From assembly GCA_021432655.1 (NCBI GenBank), contig MU271329.1, positions 62,001 to 91,203 on the forward strand: DNA of 29,203 nucleotides. Reading direction: 5' to 3'. Under the pieces are notes generated by a model. It did no database searches and was not told the origin of the DNA. It worked only from the letters and a program-made list of their open reading frames with translations. The DNA comes from Atractiella rhizophila. Its lineage: Eukaryota. Below, piece by piece: positions 11,521-22,897 of the stretch. A program made the translations under genes and the position numbers. Every line of letters begins with the position of its first letter. Position 1 is the first letter of the stretch.

Positions 11521-13695
11521 TTAGCCAGAGAAAATGTAAGATTCTTCCTCAGTCGGCGTGAAGTTGAACTTAGCAACCAAGGCAGCATCTATTGCCCAAG
11601 TCCGTGAGCATCTGTGTCGATAGAAGTTACAATAAGAAGCATACACTCAGGATCATTGTCCACCTTCTTGAAATACTTCAACTTCCATGGTGAGAAGTTA
11701 GCCTGTTCCTCCTTCCGCTTCGCTCTTTGCTCGTTCTGACAGCAATAAATTCATCAACTAACGTCCCATGCGGTTTTTAAGAGAGGATAGGAAGACAAAC
11801 CTCTATCTTGCTCTTTTCCCTCGACGCCTTCTCGAAATCCGCTCCCCTGATCCCTTCCGCGACCAGTTTCCACACCCTTCTGCTCTCCATCTCGCCTTGC
11901 TCTTCAATTGGCTTCACCGTAATTGGCGGCTGCATCCACCATACCTGCTATGAGCCAGGCTCATGCTACAAAATGAACAGGACGCACGTAGGAAGCAGCG
12001 AAATCTGCGAATATCCCCCCGCTGGGACCTGAAAAAGTCGCCTGACCATTCCATTGACCTATGTACAAGGTCACGCATGAGCACGATCAATGTGACCTAA
12101 CGGCAGACGGCGTAGGCATACCTTCGATGACCTGTGTCTTCGACCCTCCTGAGATGGTAGCTTTGAAACTGTGTGACTTCCCAGAGAAATATCCCTTTCC
12201 CTTATACTCGATAGTGCTCAAGATCCCTGTATTGTCACAAGTAAAAATGATCGGCATTTATCCTTCCCCTTGGAAGAAAGGGATTGCGCACCATTGCTAC
12301 CTTGGATATAACTCGTATCCGCCAATTCGATATAAGGGCTCCCATACCACAATCCTTCGATCCTAAGCGTGGGAAGGGTGATAAGATAAGTCTCAATCCC
12401 TCCATCTGCGAGCCTTATTTTGATGAATGCATGCCCGACCTGCTTAACCAGGATCTGGCGAGCGCTGAAAGATGTTTTCTGCGCACAGTGACCTTGCAGC
12501 GACACACCCGCATCTTTATTTTCAAGAAAATAAGCAGTTACCTGGCCATGTCGATGTCCGTTAGGATTCAGAAGAACGGTGGTGGGCAAAGCACGCACGG
12601 GAGGATGGTGTGACACTTGCTCTGCTGTTAGGACGAGACGACCATCGTCGTATGTGCCGAGAAAAAGCTCTCCCTTTAGAGAGGCGCATCAGTAAGGTGT
12701 GACAGTTTTGTATGGTTAGCAGGAAAGCGTACCAAAATGGGATTGAGAGGCTTTTTCTAGCTCGCAGAAACATAACGATGAGGACGGATGGTGGGTAGCA
12801 GAACGGAATCATACCTCGGAGCCCGTCTGCGTCTCTCTCGTCGTGAATCTTTTTCATCAAGCATGATCAGCTTTTTCCGCTAACGCATCTGCATTATGAA
12901 TAGAGAAACACTCACTGTCCTTTCAGAGTAGCCAAGAACCACCGCAGAACTTTGAGTGCCCGATCCTCAGGAGTCTTCCCCTTTGACATCTCAGCGAAGA
13001 GAGCCGATGGCTCACCCCAGTAAGAGGGGAACTCGGCAAGCGAGGTCGGTGAGAGGATGAAGGAAGGAGCTGTGAGGGAGTAAAGGTCGCCGGAGAAGGT
13101 AGAGATGCTAAAGCGTTGACATGGTTAGCTCTTCGAGTCAAAAGGTCGGCTCAGCCATTCAATGATGACGTAACAGTCGCTTGAAGCTGACTACGAACAT
13201 CGTGCTTGAGCTTGAAGCTTGAAGAATGGACTTCAGAGACTACCAAGACCATAACAGTACTTCACTGATTGCCTAATGAAACCAGTGGTATCCGCAGATT
13301 CCCCGACTGTTTGCCGAATGATTGCTTGAAGAATGGAATGGACATGGTAATCTGCTACAATAACTCCGGTGTACTGCGTAGAGAATGTATTTCTGCACTC
13401 TAGGTCACAGTAAACGGCGAACAGCTAGAAGTTGGGTTGCAGCGTCCAGGTTCAACCATGGACATCAGGTTGTATCTTAGATGATAGAAAGCAACTCAGA
13501 CAGCGCAAGAGGTAGCTGTACTCAAACCATGCAACACAGAGGTCATAGAAACTCCGTACGAGGGGCGTAAACGGAGATGCAAGACACTTTCGACAAAGAC
13601 CAATTCTAATTATGACGAGAAACGCACCTTTTCAGAAAAGACATCCAACTTCCCTTCTGATCCTTAGGAACAGCGCCTGCCTCTTGGTCTGCCAT
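11521..13695 (-). CDS. KES1: Oxysterol-binding protein, ORD-only Kes1/Osh4 type (intact copy)
   Basis: Spliced model: MADQEAGAVPKDQKGSWMSFLKSISTFSGDLYSLTAPSFILSPTSLAEFPSYW...GSEKKPLNPILGELFLG...AEQVSHHPPVTAY (OSBP signature)...LPTLRIEGLWYGSPYIEL...YKGKGYFSGKSHSFKA...KPIEEQGEMESRRVW...KSKIENEQR...SYIFSG*. Stop at 11521-11523. Confidence 0.93.
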
Positions 13696-15373
13696 GACGT
13701 TTCGCAAATGATATGATAATGTTGTAGCGTTGCTGATCGATGATCGTGCAGGATCGTGGTAAGTTTGAGGCAGTAGGAATGCGCAGGCGGACATCGCTCC
13801 CGCTCCGGGAACCGCCAGGAACGACGAAACGGATTTAGGGAGAGGGCAAGGCTCAGGCATAGAGGCAGTGTCAGTAGCAGAGATTACTTGGGATTGCTTT
13901 TAGAGTCGGATTACTAGTAGCGATCGCTAGGTTTGTCCTTTCTTAAGTAGCTCGTTATCAGCAAAGGTGATAGCATCGCGAGAGAGCACCTGACATGCAG
14001 GCCCAGCAGGGCACTGTGATTTCCATATGTATATATCGCTGTATCCTGAGATGCAGATTCATTAATGATGCTCTCGAAGAATCCTGAATATCTGGAAGCT
14101 TAGAAGGCGAAATATGCAGTATGCAAGTCACCCACATGCCTTATATATGCACTCTGCTATGCCAGCCGGGCTTTTTAGTCCAAGAGCGACTTCATCACAA
14201 CTGCTCAGATTTCAAACGTGTTGACAATTTGTTGAGGTCAGTAGCACCCGCTCTAGCTCACAACTACCGGATCAAGCTGGATCATTTACTCCTCCACCCG
14301 TGTTATGTCTTGGCTCCCAGCCGCCTCTGAGCAGGTATCATCTCTCTGTGGAGTACTATCTATCTGTTTGTGCCATCTTCATTCCTTACACCGAGACTCA
14401 AACAAAGGGGAATAGGCTCCTGGTTATTTGCTCAATTGCCTCAAGTCATTGCAAACTTTCGAAATGGTTCGTCCTTACTCTGTTCCTCCTCATGAGACGA
14501 CATGGCGTTGATACGTGAACGGCATTGGACTGTAGGATCCGCATCTTCTCTCTCACTTCCTTTCCTTATCTCCTGGGCGGCCGGGGATACTCTCAATTTG
14601 CTCGGGTGTATCCTGACCCATCAGTTGCCATTCCAAGTACGTTTTCCCTTCCTTTGCCTCTACGTCCTCATAGAAAGAACCGCATAGACGTACCTAGCGA
14701 CCTATTTCGTCACCGTTGACTGTATACTTCTTTACCAATTCTTCTACTACTCCCGCGTTTCCCCACCAGACCCCTACAGCCCATATGTGTACGAAGAACC
14801 GGTGGACGACAGCGTTTTCATCACTCCAGCGCACGACCGTCCCTTCTCATGGTCCTCCCGTCCCCCTAGTCTGCTCCACCAACGCGAGCGGTCCACAGAT
14901 CCCCTCCTTTCTGCCGGAGGAAAGGGACGGTATTCCGTCGACTCCTTTGTTGGTAGAGGGGAGATGAGGGACAGCTTTATTTCGATAGCCTCTGGGAGCG
15001 CGCCGGGGAGAAATAGGAGTGTATCCATTAGTAGATCAGAGGATGACGAAGAAGAAGGATTGAGAGATAGCTGGCATTCAGATTTGTCGATAGGGAGAGG
15101 AAGATCTCGAGGTCCTCAAGCCCATTGGCGGCCTATTAGCTCACTTGTTGAGGAGAGGGAGCATATGCCAACTATTGCGGGATCGCCTAACGAGGCGGGA
15201 GAGAGCTCAATGACCATCACACGACGACAAGCGGAGGAGTCGGACGAACGGACCAGAATGAACCAGCAACTTAACAATGGAGGAGTCAAGTATTTGGCAG
15301 TCTTCGCGCTTTTCTCCCTCTCTTCCCTCCACTTCCATCTCTCACGATCATCCGCCTCGACTTCCACCAGCAG
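11961..15373 (+). repeat. 3.41 kb direct tandem segmental duplication, copy 1
   Basis: Colinear with 15375-18794 at offsets of roughly 3410-3421. Starts tcatgctacaaaatg and ends cttccaccagcag, with scattered substitutions and small indels. Confidence 0.97.
13696..14304. promoter_or_regulatory. Probable shared divergent promoter between the OSBP (-) and PQ-loop (+) genes; duplicated at 17107-17714
   Basis: About 610 nt between head-to-head ATGs, with TATA-like tatata at ~14029 and ttatata at ~14141. Inferred from position. Confidence 0.5.
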
Positions 15374-15446
15374 ATCATGCTACAAAATGAACAGGACGCA
15401 CGTAGGAAGCAGCGAAATCTGCGAATATCCCCCCGCTGGGACCTGA
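14305..15446 (+). pseudogene. 3'-truncated chimeric copy of the PQ-loop transporter gene
   Basis: MSWLPAASEQVSSLCGVLSICSWLFAQLPQVIANFRNG...AGDTLNLLGCILTHQLPFQTYLATYF... stays in frame up to the junction at 15373. It then reads antisense OSBP sequence (SCYKMNRTHV...PPAGT*) to a stop at 15446, so the second PQ repeat is missing. Confidence 0.8.
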
Positions 15447-17106
15447 AAAAGTCGCCTGACCATTCCATTGACCTATGTACAAGGTCACGCATGAGCACGA
15501 TCAATGTGACCTAACGGCAGACGGCGTAGGCATACCTTCGATGACCTGTGTCTTCGACCCTCCTGAGATGGTAGCTTTGAAACTGTGTGACTTCCCAGAG
15601 AAATATCCCTTTCCCTTATACTCGATAGTGCTCAAGATCCCTGTATTGTCACAAGTAAAAATGATCGACATTTATCCTCCCCTTGAAAGTAAAGGGATTG
15701 CGCACCATTGCTACCCTGAATATAACTCGTATCTGCCAATTCGATATAAGGGCTCCCATACCACAATCCTTCGATCCTAAGCGTGGGAAGGGTGATAAGA
15801 TAAGTCTCGATCCCTCCATCTGCGAGCTTGATTTTGATGAATGCATGCCCGACCTGCTTAACCAGGATCTGGCGAGCGCTGAAAGATGTTTTCTGCGCAC
15901 AGTGGCCTTGCAGCGAGACACCCGCATCTTTATTTTCAAGAAAATAAGCAGTCACCTGGCGGTGTCGGCGACTGTTAGGATTCAGAAGAACGGTGGTGGG
16001 CAAAGCACGCACAGGAGGATGGTGTGACACTTGCTCTGCTGTTAGGACGAGACGACCATCGTCATATGTACCGAGAAAAAGCTCGCCCTTTAAGTGGCGC
16101 ATCAGTAAAGTGTGACAGTTTCGTATAGTTAGGAGGAAAGCGCACCAAAATGGGATTGAGTGGCTTTTTCTAGCTCGCAGAAACATAACGATCAGGACGG
16201 ATGGTCGGTAGCATAAAAGAATCATACCTCAGAGCCCGTCTGCGTCTCTCTCGTCGTGAATCTTTCTCATCAAGCAAGATCAGCCTTTTCCGCTAACGCA
16301 TCTGCATTATGAATAGAGAAACACTCACTGTCCTTTCAGAGTAGCCAAGAACCACCGCAGAACTTTGAGTGCCCGATCCTCAGGAGTCTTCCCCTTTGAC
16401 ATCTCAGCGAAGAGAGCCGATGGCTCACCCCAGTAAGAGGGGAACTCGGCAAGCGAGGTCGGTGAGAGGATGAAGGAAGGAGCTGTGAGGGAGTAAAGGT
16501 CGCCGGAGAAGGTAGAGATGCTAAAGCGTCGACATGGTTAGCTCTTCGAGTCAAAGGTGGGCTCAGCCATTCAATGATGACGTAACGGTCGCTTGAAGCT
16601 GACTACGAACATCGTGCTTGAGCATGAAGCTTGAAGAATGCACTTCAGCGACAACCAAGATCGTAACAGTACTTCACTGATTGCCTAATGAAACCAGTGG
16701 TATCCGCAGATTTCCCGGACTGTTTGCCGAATGATTGCTTGAAGAATGGAATGGACATGGTAATCTGCTACAATAACTCCGGTGTACCGCGTAGAATGTA
16801 TTTCTGCACTCTAGGTCACAGTAAACGGCGAACTGCTAGAAGTTGGCTTGCGGCGTCCAGGTTCAACCATGGACATCAGGTTGTATCTTGGATGATAGAA
16901 AGCAACTCAGACAGCGCAAGAGGTATCTGTACTCAAACCATGCAACACAGAGGTCATAGAAACTCCGTACGAGGGGCGTAAACGGAGATGCAAGACACTT
17001 TCGACAAAGACCAATTCTAATTATGACGAGAAACGCACCTTTTCAGAAAAGACATCCAACTTCCCTTCTGATCCTTAGGAACAGCACCTGCCTCTTGGTC
17101 CGCCAT
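15375..17106 (-). pseudogene. KES1: 3'-truncated copy of the Kes1/Osh4-type OSBP gene
   Basis: Same exons and splice sites as 13695-11961, starting at ATG 17106 and including EQVSHHPP. It is cut inside an intron, so the last three exons (PPITVKPIEEQ... to stop) are absent. Confidence 0.85.
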
Positions 17107-17714
17107 GACGTTTCAAATGATATGATAATGTTGTAGCGTTGCTGATCGATGATCGTGCAGGATCGTGGTAAGTTTGAGGCAGTAGGAATGCGCAGGCGGA
17201 CATCGCTCCCGCTCCGGGAACCGCCAGGAACGACGAAACGGATTTAGGGAGAGGGCAAGGCTCAGGCATAGAGGCAGTATCAGTAGCAGAGATTACTTGG
17301 GATTGCTTTTAGAGTCGGATTACTAGTAGCGATCGCTAGGTTTGTCCTTTCTTAAGTAGCTCGTTATCAGCAAAGGTGATAGCATCGCGAGAGAGCACCT
17401 GACATGCAGGCCCAGCAGGGCACTGTGATTTCCATATGTATATATCGCTGTGTCCTGAGATGCAGATTCATTAATGATGCTCTCGAAGAATCCTGAATAT
17501 CTGGAGGCTTGGAAGGCGAAATATGCAGTATGCAAGTCACCCACATGCCTTATATATGCACTCTGCTATGCCAGCCGGGCTTGTTAGTCCAAGAGCGACT
17601 TCATCACAACGGCTCAAGATTTCAAACGTGTTGACAATTTGTTGAGGTCAGTAGCACCCGCTCTAGCTCACAACTACCGGATCAAGCTGGATCATTTACT
17701 CCTCCACCCGTGTT

Positions 17715-19254
17715 ATGTCTTGGCTCCCAGCCGCCTCTGAGCAGGTATCATCTCTCTGTGGAGTACTATCTATCTGTTTGTGCCATCTTCATTCCTTACA
17801 CCGAGACTCAAACAAAGGGAAATAGGCTCCTGGTTATTCGCTCAATTACCTCAAGTCATTGCAAACTTTCGAAATGGTTCGTCCTTACTCTGTTCCTCCT
17901 CATGAGACGACATGGCGTTGATACGTGAACGGCATTGGACTGTAGGATCCGCATCTTCTCTCTCACTTCCTTTCCTTATCTCCTGGGCGGCCGGGGATAC
18001 TCTCAATTTGCTCGGGTGTATCCTGACCCATCAGTTGCCATTCCAAGTACGTTTTCCCTTCCTTTGCCTCTACGTCCTCATAGAAAGAACCGCATAGACG
18101 TACCTAGCGACCTATTTCGTCACCGTTGACTGTATACTTCTTTACCAATTCTTCTACTACTCCCGCGTTTCCCCACCAGACCCCTACAGCCCATATGTGT
18201 ACGAAGAACCCGTGGACGACAGCGTTTTCATCACTCCAGCACACGACCGTCCCTTCTCATGGTCCTCTCATGGTCCTCCCGTCCCCCTAGTCTTCTCCAC
18301 CAACGCGAGCGGTCCACCGATCCCCTCCTTTCTGCCGGAGGAAAGGGACGGTATTCCGTCGACTCCTTTGTTGGTGGAGGGGAGATGAGGGACAGCTTTA
18401 TTTCGATAGCCTCTGGGAGCGCGCCGGGGAGGAATCGGAGTGTATCCATTAGTAGATCAGAGGATGATGAAGACGAAGGATTGAGAGATAGCTGGCATTC
18501 AGATATGTCGATTGGGAGGGGAAGAACTCGTGGCCCTCAAGCCCATTGGAGGCCTATTAGCTCACTTGTTGAGGAGAGGGAGCATATGCCAACTATTGCG
18601 GGATCGCCTAATGAGGCGGGAGAGAGCTCAATGACCATCACACGACGACAAGCGGAGGAGTCGGACGAGCGGACCAGAATGAACCAGCAACTTAACAATG
18701 GAGGAGTCAAGTATTTGGCAGTCTTCGCGCTCTTCTCCCTCTCTTCCCTCCACTTCCATCTCTCACGATCATCCGCCTCGACTTCCACCAGCAGCGGACG
18801 TTTTCTCTCCCCTCGTTCTCTCGATGAATCGTTCCGCATATCTCAAGCCGAAGGTGACGACCCATTTGTTCTATGGGTTGGCCGCCTCTCCGCCTGGGTC
18901 TGCACCTCCTTCTACCTCATCTCTCGTCTCCCACAAATCCTCAAAAACTTTCGACGTCGCTCGATTGCCGGTCTTTCCGTCCTGTTGTTCCTCATGGCAT
19001 TCGGTGGAAACTTCTTTTACGTCCTCTCCATCCTCCTCAGCCCCGAACGCGCACGAGAAGGGTATTGGTGGGACGAGTTGCCGTACTTATTAGGCAGTGG
19101 CGGGACGTTAGGTGGAGATGCGATCATCGTGGGACAGTTTTGGGCGTGGGGAATGAAAGAGCCGGAGGAGAAGAGCTGGTATGGCGGGAGCAGTAGGAGT
19201 AACAGTCGCAGTCCGAGTAGGGCAAGAAGTAGGAGAGGGAGCTTGTTGGTTTGA
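17715..19254 (+). CDS. PQ-loop repeat vacuolar cationic amino acid transporter (Ypq1/2/3, PQLC2-like); full length but frameshifted as written
   Basis: First repeat WLFAQLPQVITNF; long S/R/E-rich loop; second repeat GRLSAWVCTSFYLISRLPQILKNFRRRSIAGLSVLLFLMAFGGNFFYVLSIL...LPYLLGSGGTLGGDAII. An 11-nt duplication at 18256-18277 shifts the frame to a stop at 18388. Confidence 0.85.
18256..18277 (+). repeat. 11-nt tandem duplication CTCATGGTCCT x2 causing a frameshift
   Basis: Copy 1 (~14846-14856) has one unit; this copy has two. Confidence 0.92.
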
Positions 19255-19884
19255 GATGGACGCGTGGCGTTTCCGTTTAGGGTGGGAGGCAAACGGAAAC
19301 GTGGCGGTGTATGTAAGCTTTATTTCGCCATTGGGTGAGATACACCCATGACTGTGTGGGATGCTCCAGTGCCATTACTTCTGCGTATGTGATCGGTTCA
19401 GTATCGTGTATCCATATCTCATTGCAAACATATCTGCACCTTTCTTGAATCGTCCTTACTTTCCAGTAGTATTGCAATATCGAACTGAAATGTTAGAAGC
19501 CATGTCACGACAACCTATTTCAAGTCGCGAGGTATGGCTTGAACAGACAAAATGAATCAAATGATCAAGACCTAGAGCTGGGAGAACTGTGAGAGACGGT
19601 GACCATCTTGGCATGTGATATTCAAGACAATCACATCAAGCTGTGCTTTGAAGAAAAAGAACCTCAAAGTGACACAGCCTGTACCGTCTGTCAGTGCTTC
19701 CTCAGAGAGTGGAACTGAAACCTGAAAGTCATCGCAAAAACTTGCTTGTATCTTTGAGTTTATATGCGGAAAGCTCGAGCGGAAGGAGGGCAATCTGCGA
19801 TGACTGCTTCTCGTTCCGTAAGAGCTGGAGAACCGCCAGTTAGAGTGAATCGTTGAGGATCACCCACCAGCCTTAAGTGGAGAG

Positions 19885-20783
19885 TCAATGGATTGGCAAA
19901 GCCTTTAACTGGGCTTCCCTGCTTGCCAGAACGTAAGCTCTCGCGATCTCTTCCTGTTCAGGTCGTCGAGGTTCGCCAGGAACGAGGAAACTACCGGCAG
20001 CGCTCAAGATCGTAATTTTCAAGCTTTGAGGTGCTTGACTGAAAATGTACGCAATGGCAGCTTGGGATGCGGATGCGTGTCCTGAAGGCTCGTCAGAAGG
20101 ATCAATCGAAGAGAGGTTAAACGTACGATCAACTCCATCCGAAGGAGGTTCTGGTTTGTACATCAGTTTGCGTTAACTGCAACCGTATGAAACACCCACC
20201 TTCCACTAAGGTCCTGGCCGAAGCGATCGAAAGACCGGAGAGACCAAGGAAATCAGGGTCCACGCTACCCGATCGCGACGGTCCAGCAAATGCTGCAGCT
20301 GAAACAACATTAAGATCCTCAGGTGCCATTTCACCAGTCTGATTTGTGTCGCGAGCGACGTGAGTGTTTTGGGATTCTGCTCAAGAATGAAGAATGATGA
20401 GAACAATGGCAAAGGACGAAGTACCGATGGACACATTACCGATTTTTCCTTCGATGGACTCACGCCTTCCAACGACGGTTATCTCGGTCTTGACTGCTTC
20501 AGGAGAAACTGGAGGAGTCGTGACATCCGAGCCGCTCCTCTGCGCAAAGAAAGGGTCGGTTTCGTCGCTCTTGAGGCTGTGTGGGGAGATCGTCTCGCTG
20601 TTCGTCCTTTCGTTTGCAGGACGGTCTGAGACTGCATCACGGGGTTCTTTAGTCACATGGAAACCGATTAATGAGACTCTTACGGGCATCAGCCTTCAGA
20701 TCAAGATGCATCTCTCCCAGACAGTGACGAGAGCCTGCAAAAGGTTGGACGGAGTTTCCTGCATTGTTGACGGTGTTGACCAT
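19885..20783 (-). CDS. Uncharacterised tandem family protein, paralog A (5 exons)
   Basis: MVNTVNNAGNSVQPF...ANERTNSETISPHSLKSDETDPFF...AGPSRSGSVDP...RTLVE|EPPSDGVDR|...AIAYIFSQAPQSLKITILSAAGSFLVPGEPRRPEQEEIARAYVLASREAQLKALPIH*. Four GT..AG introns lie at positions shared with the other two paralogs. Confidence 0.75.
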
Positions 20784-21120
20784 CTTTAGACAGCTGTCAG
20801 TTTTTGGTGTTCGGCAATAAAATTGGAAGAATCTCACTGTGATTCCTTCAAAAGGCTGAAAAATGAAAACGTCGGTTGCCTGATTGAGTCCAGTTATATG
20901 AGATGTGTGACAGGTTTGCGATAATCAGTGCGCGGTGGAACAGATCTTTTGATGTTCCTGTATACAGTATCGTTCAAGTTGTGGGCTCGAGTATTTATTG
21001 ATGCGAAAGGCGATGAACTTCACGAACAAACGTGACGAACGAGCCCAAAGAACGGGCGTCACAAACAACTCTGGCAGAGAACACGCTGACCTCAGCTCAC
21101 CTCAGCATTCACATGCTTTC

Positions 21121-21141
21121 ATCGATGATCGATGATCGATC
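21121..21141 (+). repeat. Short 7-mer repeat (ATCGATG)x3
   Basis: atcgatg atcgatg atcgatc. Confidence 0.6.
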
Positions 21142-22001
21142 AGAATTCTTCTCGATCAATACACCCGATTCTCTCAGGGCACCCTTTGCACACTGATCAC
21201 GTCGGTCACATTTCAGACATTTGCTGCTGGCTGACCAATCATTCTCTAGCAACGCGGAACAGCTTGCACCCATCTTGCAGGAGGAACCGTGTTTTCGTCA
21301 AAAGAGAATGTGCCTAAATAAAGCGAGTGTAAATGACATTCCTGTAGGCCTGAAGGGGGAGGGATCCGGAGAGAATTGAAGCAGGTCTAGCCAATTCTAA
21401 TGTTTGCAGTGAGTGACACCATGGATTTCAAGGACTTGATTCATCGAGCAACGCTGAAGAGAATGATGGGAAGTAGCACCGGTGTGACCGAAGAGTAGCA
21501 TTTATCCATCCCCCGACCACGTTTGACCAGTGTGTCCCATTCGCGTCGTGACAGTTGTTGTGCATGAACGTATGAACACATTTCCATTCCGTGTATCATG
21601 ATGTCCTGAACTTGAAGTCGAGGCAACTTTATTATACTACCTTGAGGCCAAGAACCAAACTGAAATGATGGTCTCAACGCTGCATGGTCTGATAACAGCG
21701 ATCTTTCTGAGTCAAAACGTATCGTCTACTAACGTGGAAAAGCTCGAACTAGGACGAAGACGCAGAAGACATATTCCATAGTGTCCGTCAGCTAGGCTGT
21801 AAGACAGAAAGAGTCAAAATCATCAGAATTATCACAAAATTTGCGTGTGTCTTTGATACCGAACGTATTGTAGGATCTCAGGAAAGTTCGTGGGGAAGGT
21901 GGGCATGAGCAGGTGGACATCCCAGCCATGCCCTCGTTCTGCACGACCTGTATGTAATCATCAGCCAAGGCTTTGGTACGACAAGGATTGTAAGCGAAGG
22001 G

Positions 22002-22897
22002 TTAATCTATCCCCAGAGCCCGGAACTGAGCCTCTCTGCTCGCGACAACGTATGCTCTACCGATTGTTTCTTGTTCTGGAAGACGAGGTTTGTCAGGATC
22101 GAAATATATCCCGGCCTCGCTCAAGAGCTGGATCTTCAGCCTTTGAGACATAGTACCAAAAATGTATGCGACCGAAGCCAGGGACGCTTGTCCTAAGAAC
22201 TTCGTCAGAGCATCTGATAAATAGAAGAGTGAGAGAACGTACTATCGACTCCATTTGTTTGAGGAGCTGCTTCGTCATCAGTTCGGTTATTTGTGTCCAT
22301 ATTGGATGCCGTACCTTCAACCAAGGTTCCCGTTTCTGATTGCAAAGACTCAATCGAGAAACCCAAGGAGCTGCTGGGATCCATGCTGTTTGACCGCGAT
22401 GGCCCATCGGATGTGGTGGGTGAGACAATTTGACCTTTCGTCGCCGTTTCTTGACGCTGGGATCCGACTGGCACGATGTTGGTATTTTGCGCCGCAGCTG
22501 AAAAAAGGATGAGAAAAGACATGGGCTGATGTAATACTCACCCAAGTTGTCCTCGAAGGACTCAGGTTCTGTCCCGGCGTTCATCTTAGCTTTGCCATTT
22601 TCTGGGGAGGTGGGAGTCGTAGCCGCGTCTGAATCGCTTTCGTGCCTCGTCGGGAAGAATGAATCAATTTGTTCGCTCTTGCCGCTGTCAGGCGAGACGG
22701 TATTATCGCTCGTCTTTCCGTTATTTGGAGGACAAGGGGCTACATCACAACCTACTCAGTTGTGACAACCATGGGATAATGCCCTCACAGGAGATGGTGT
22801 CCAGCTTAAGGTGCAGCTCCACCTTGACGTGACTGGTAGAATCGAATTCGTCAGCTGATTCACAAGACGGACCTGAGGTTTTTGCACTGTCCTTCAT
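22002..22897 (-). CDS. Uncharacterised tandem family protein, paralog C (5 exons)
   Basis: MKDSAKTSGPSCES...VSPDSGKSEQIDSFFP...DGPSRSNSMDP...ETGTLVE|APQTNGVDR|...SVAYIFGTMSQRLKIQLLSEAGIYFDPDKPRLPEQETIGRAYVVASREAQFRALGID*. Confidence 0.75.

Larger units (their letters stand above)
15375..18794 (+). repeat. 3.42 kb direct tandem segmental duplication, copy 2
   Basis: Matches 11961-15373. A single non-matching A at 15374 separates the two copies. Confidence 0.97.

Noticed and set aside
13161..13190. C-box/D-box-like ATGATGA...CTGA
   Set aside because: Only about 30 nt long and on the strand opposite the host intron; too short for a C/D snoRNA.
13469..13537. snR30/U17-like m2 motif AAACCAT followed by ACA in the OSBP intron
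   Set aside because: It is antisense to the host pre-mRNA and lacks the m1 motif ATATTCCTA.
11961..18794. RIP-like mutation, or an LTR-element origin, for the duplication
   Set aside because: Differences include transversions and track synonymous sites rather than directional C-to-T changes. There are no TG..CA ends, target-site duplication or transposon ORFs.
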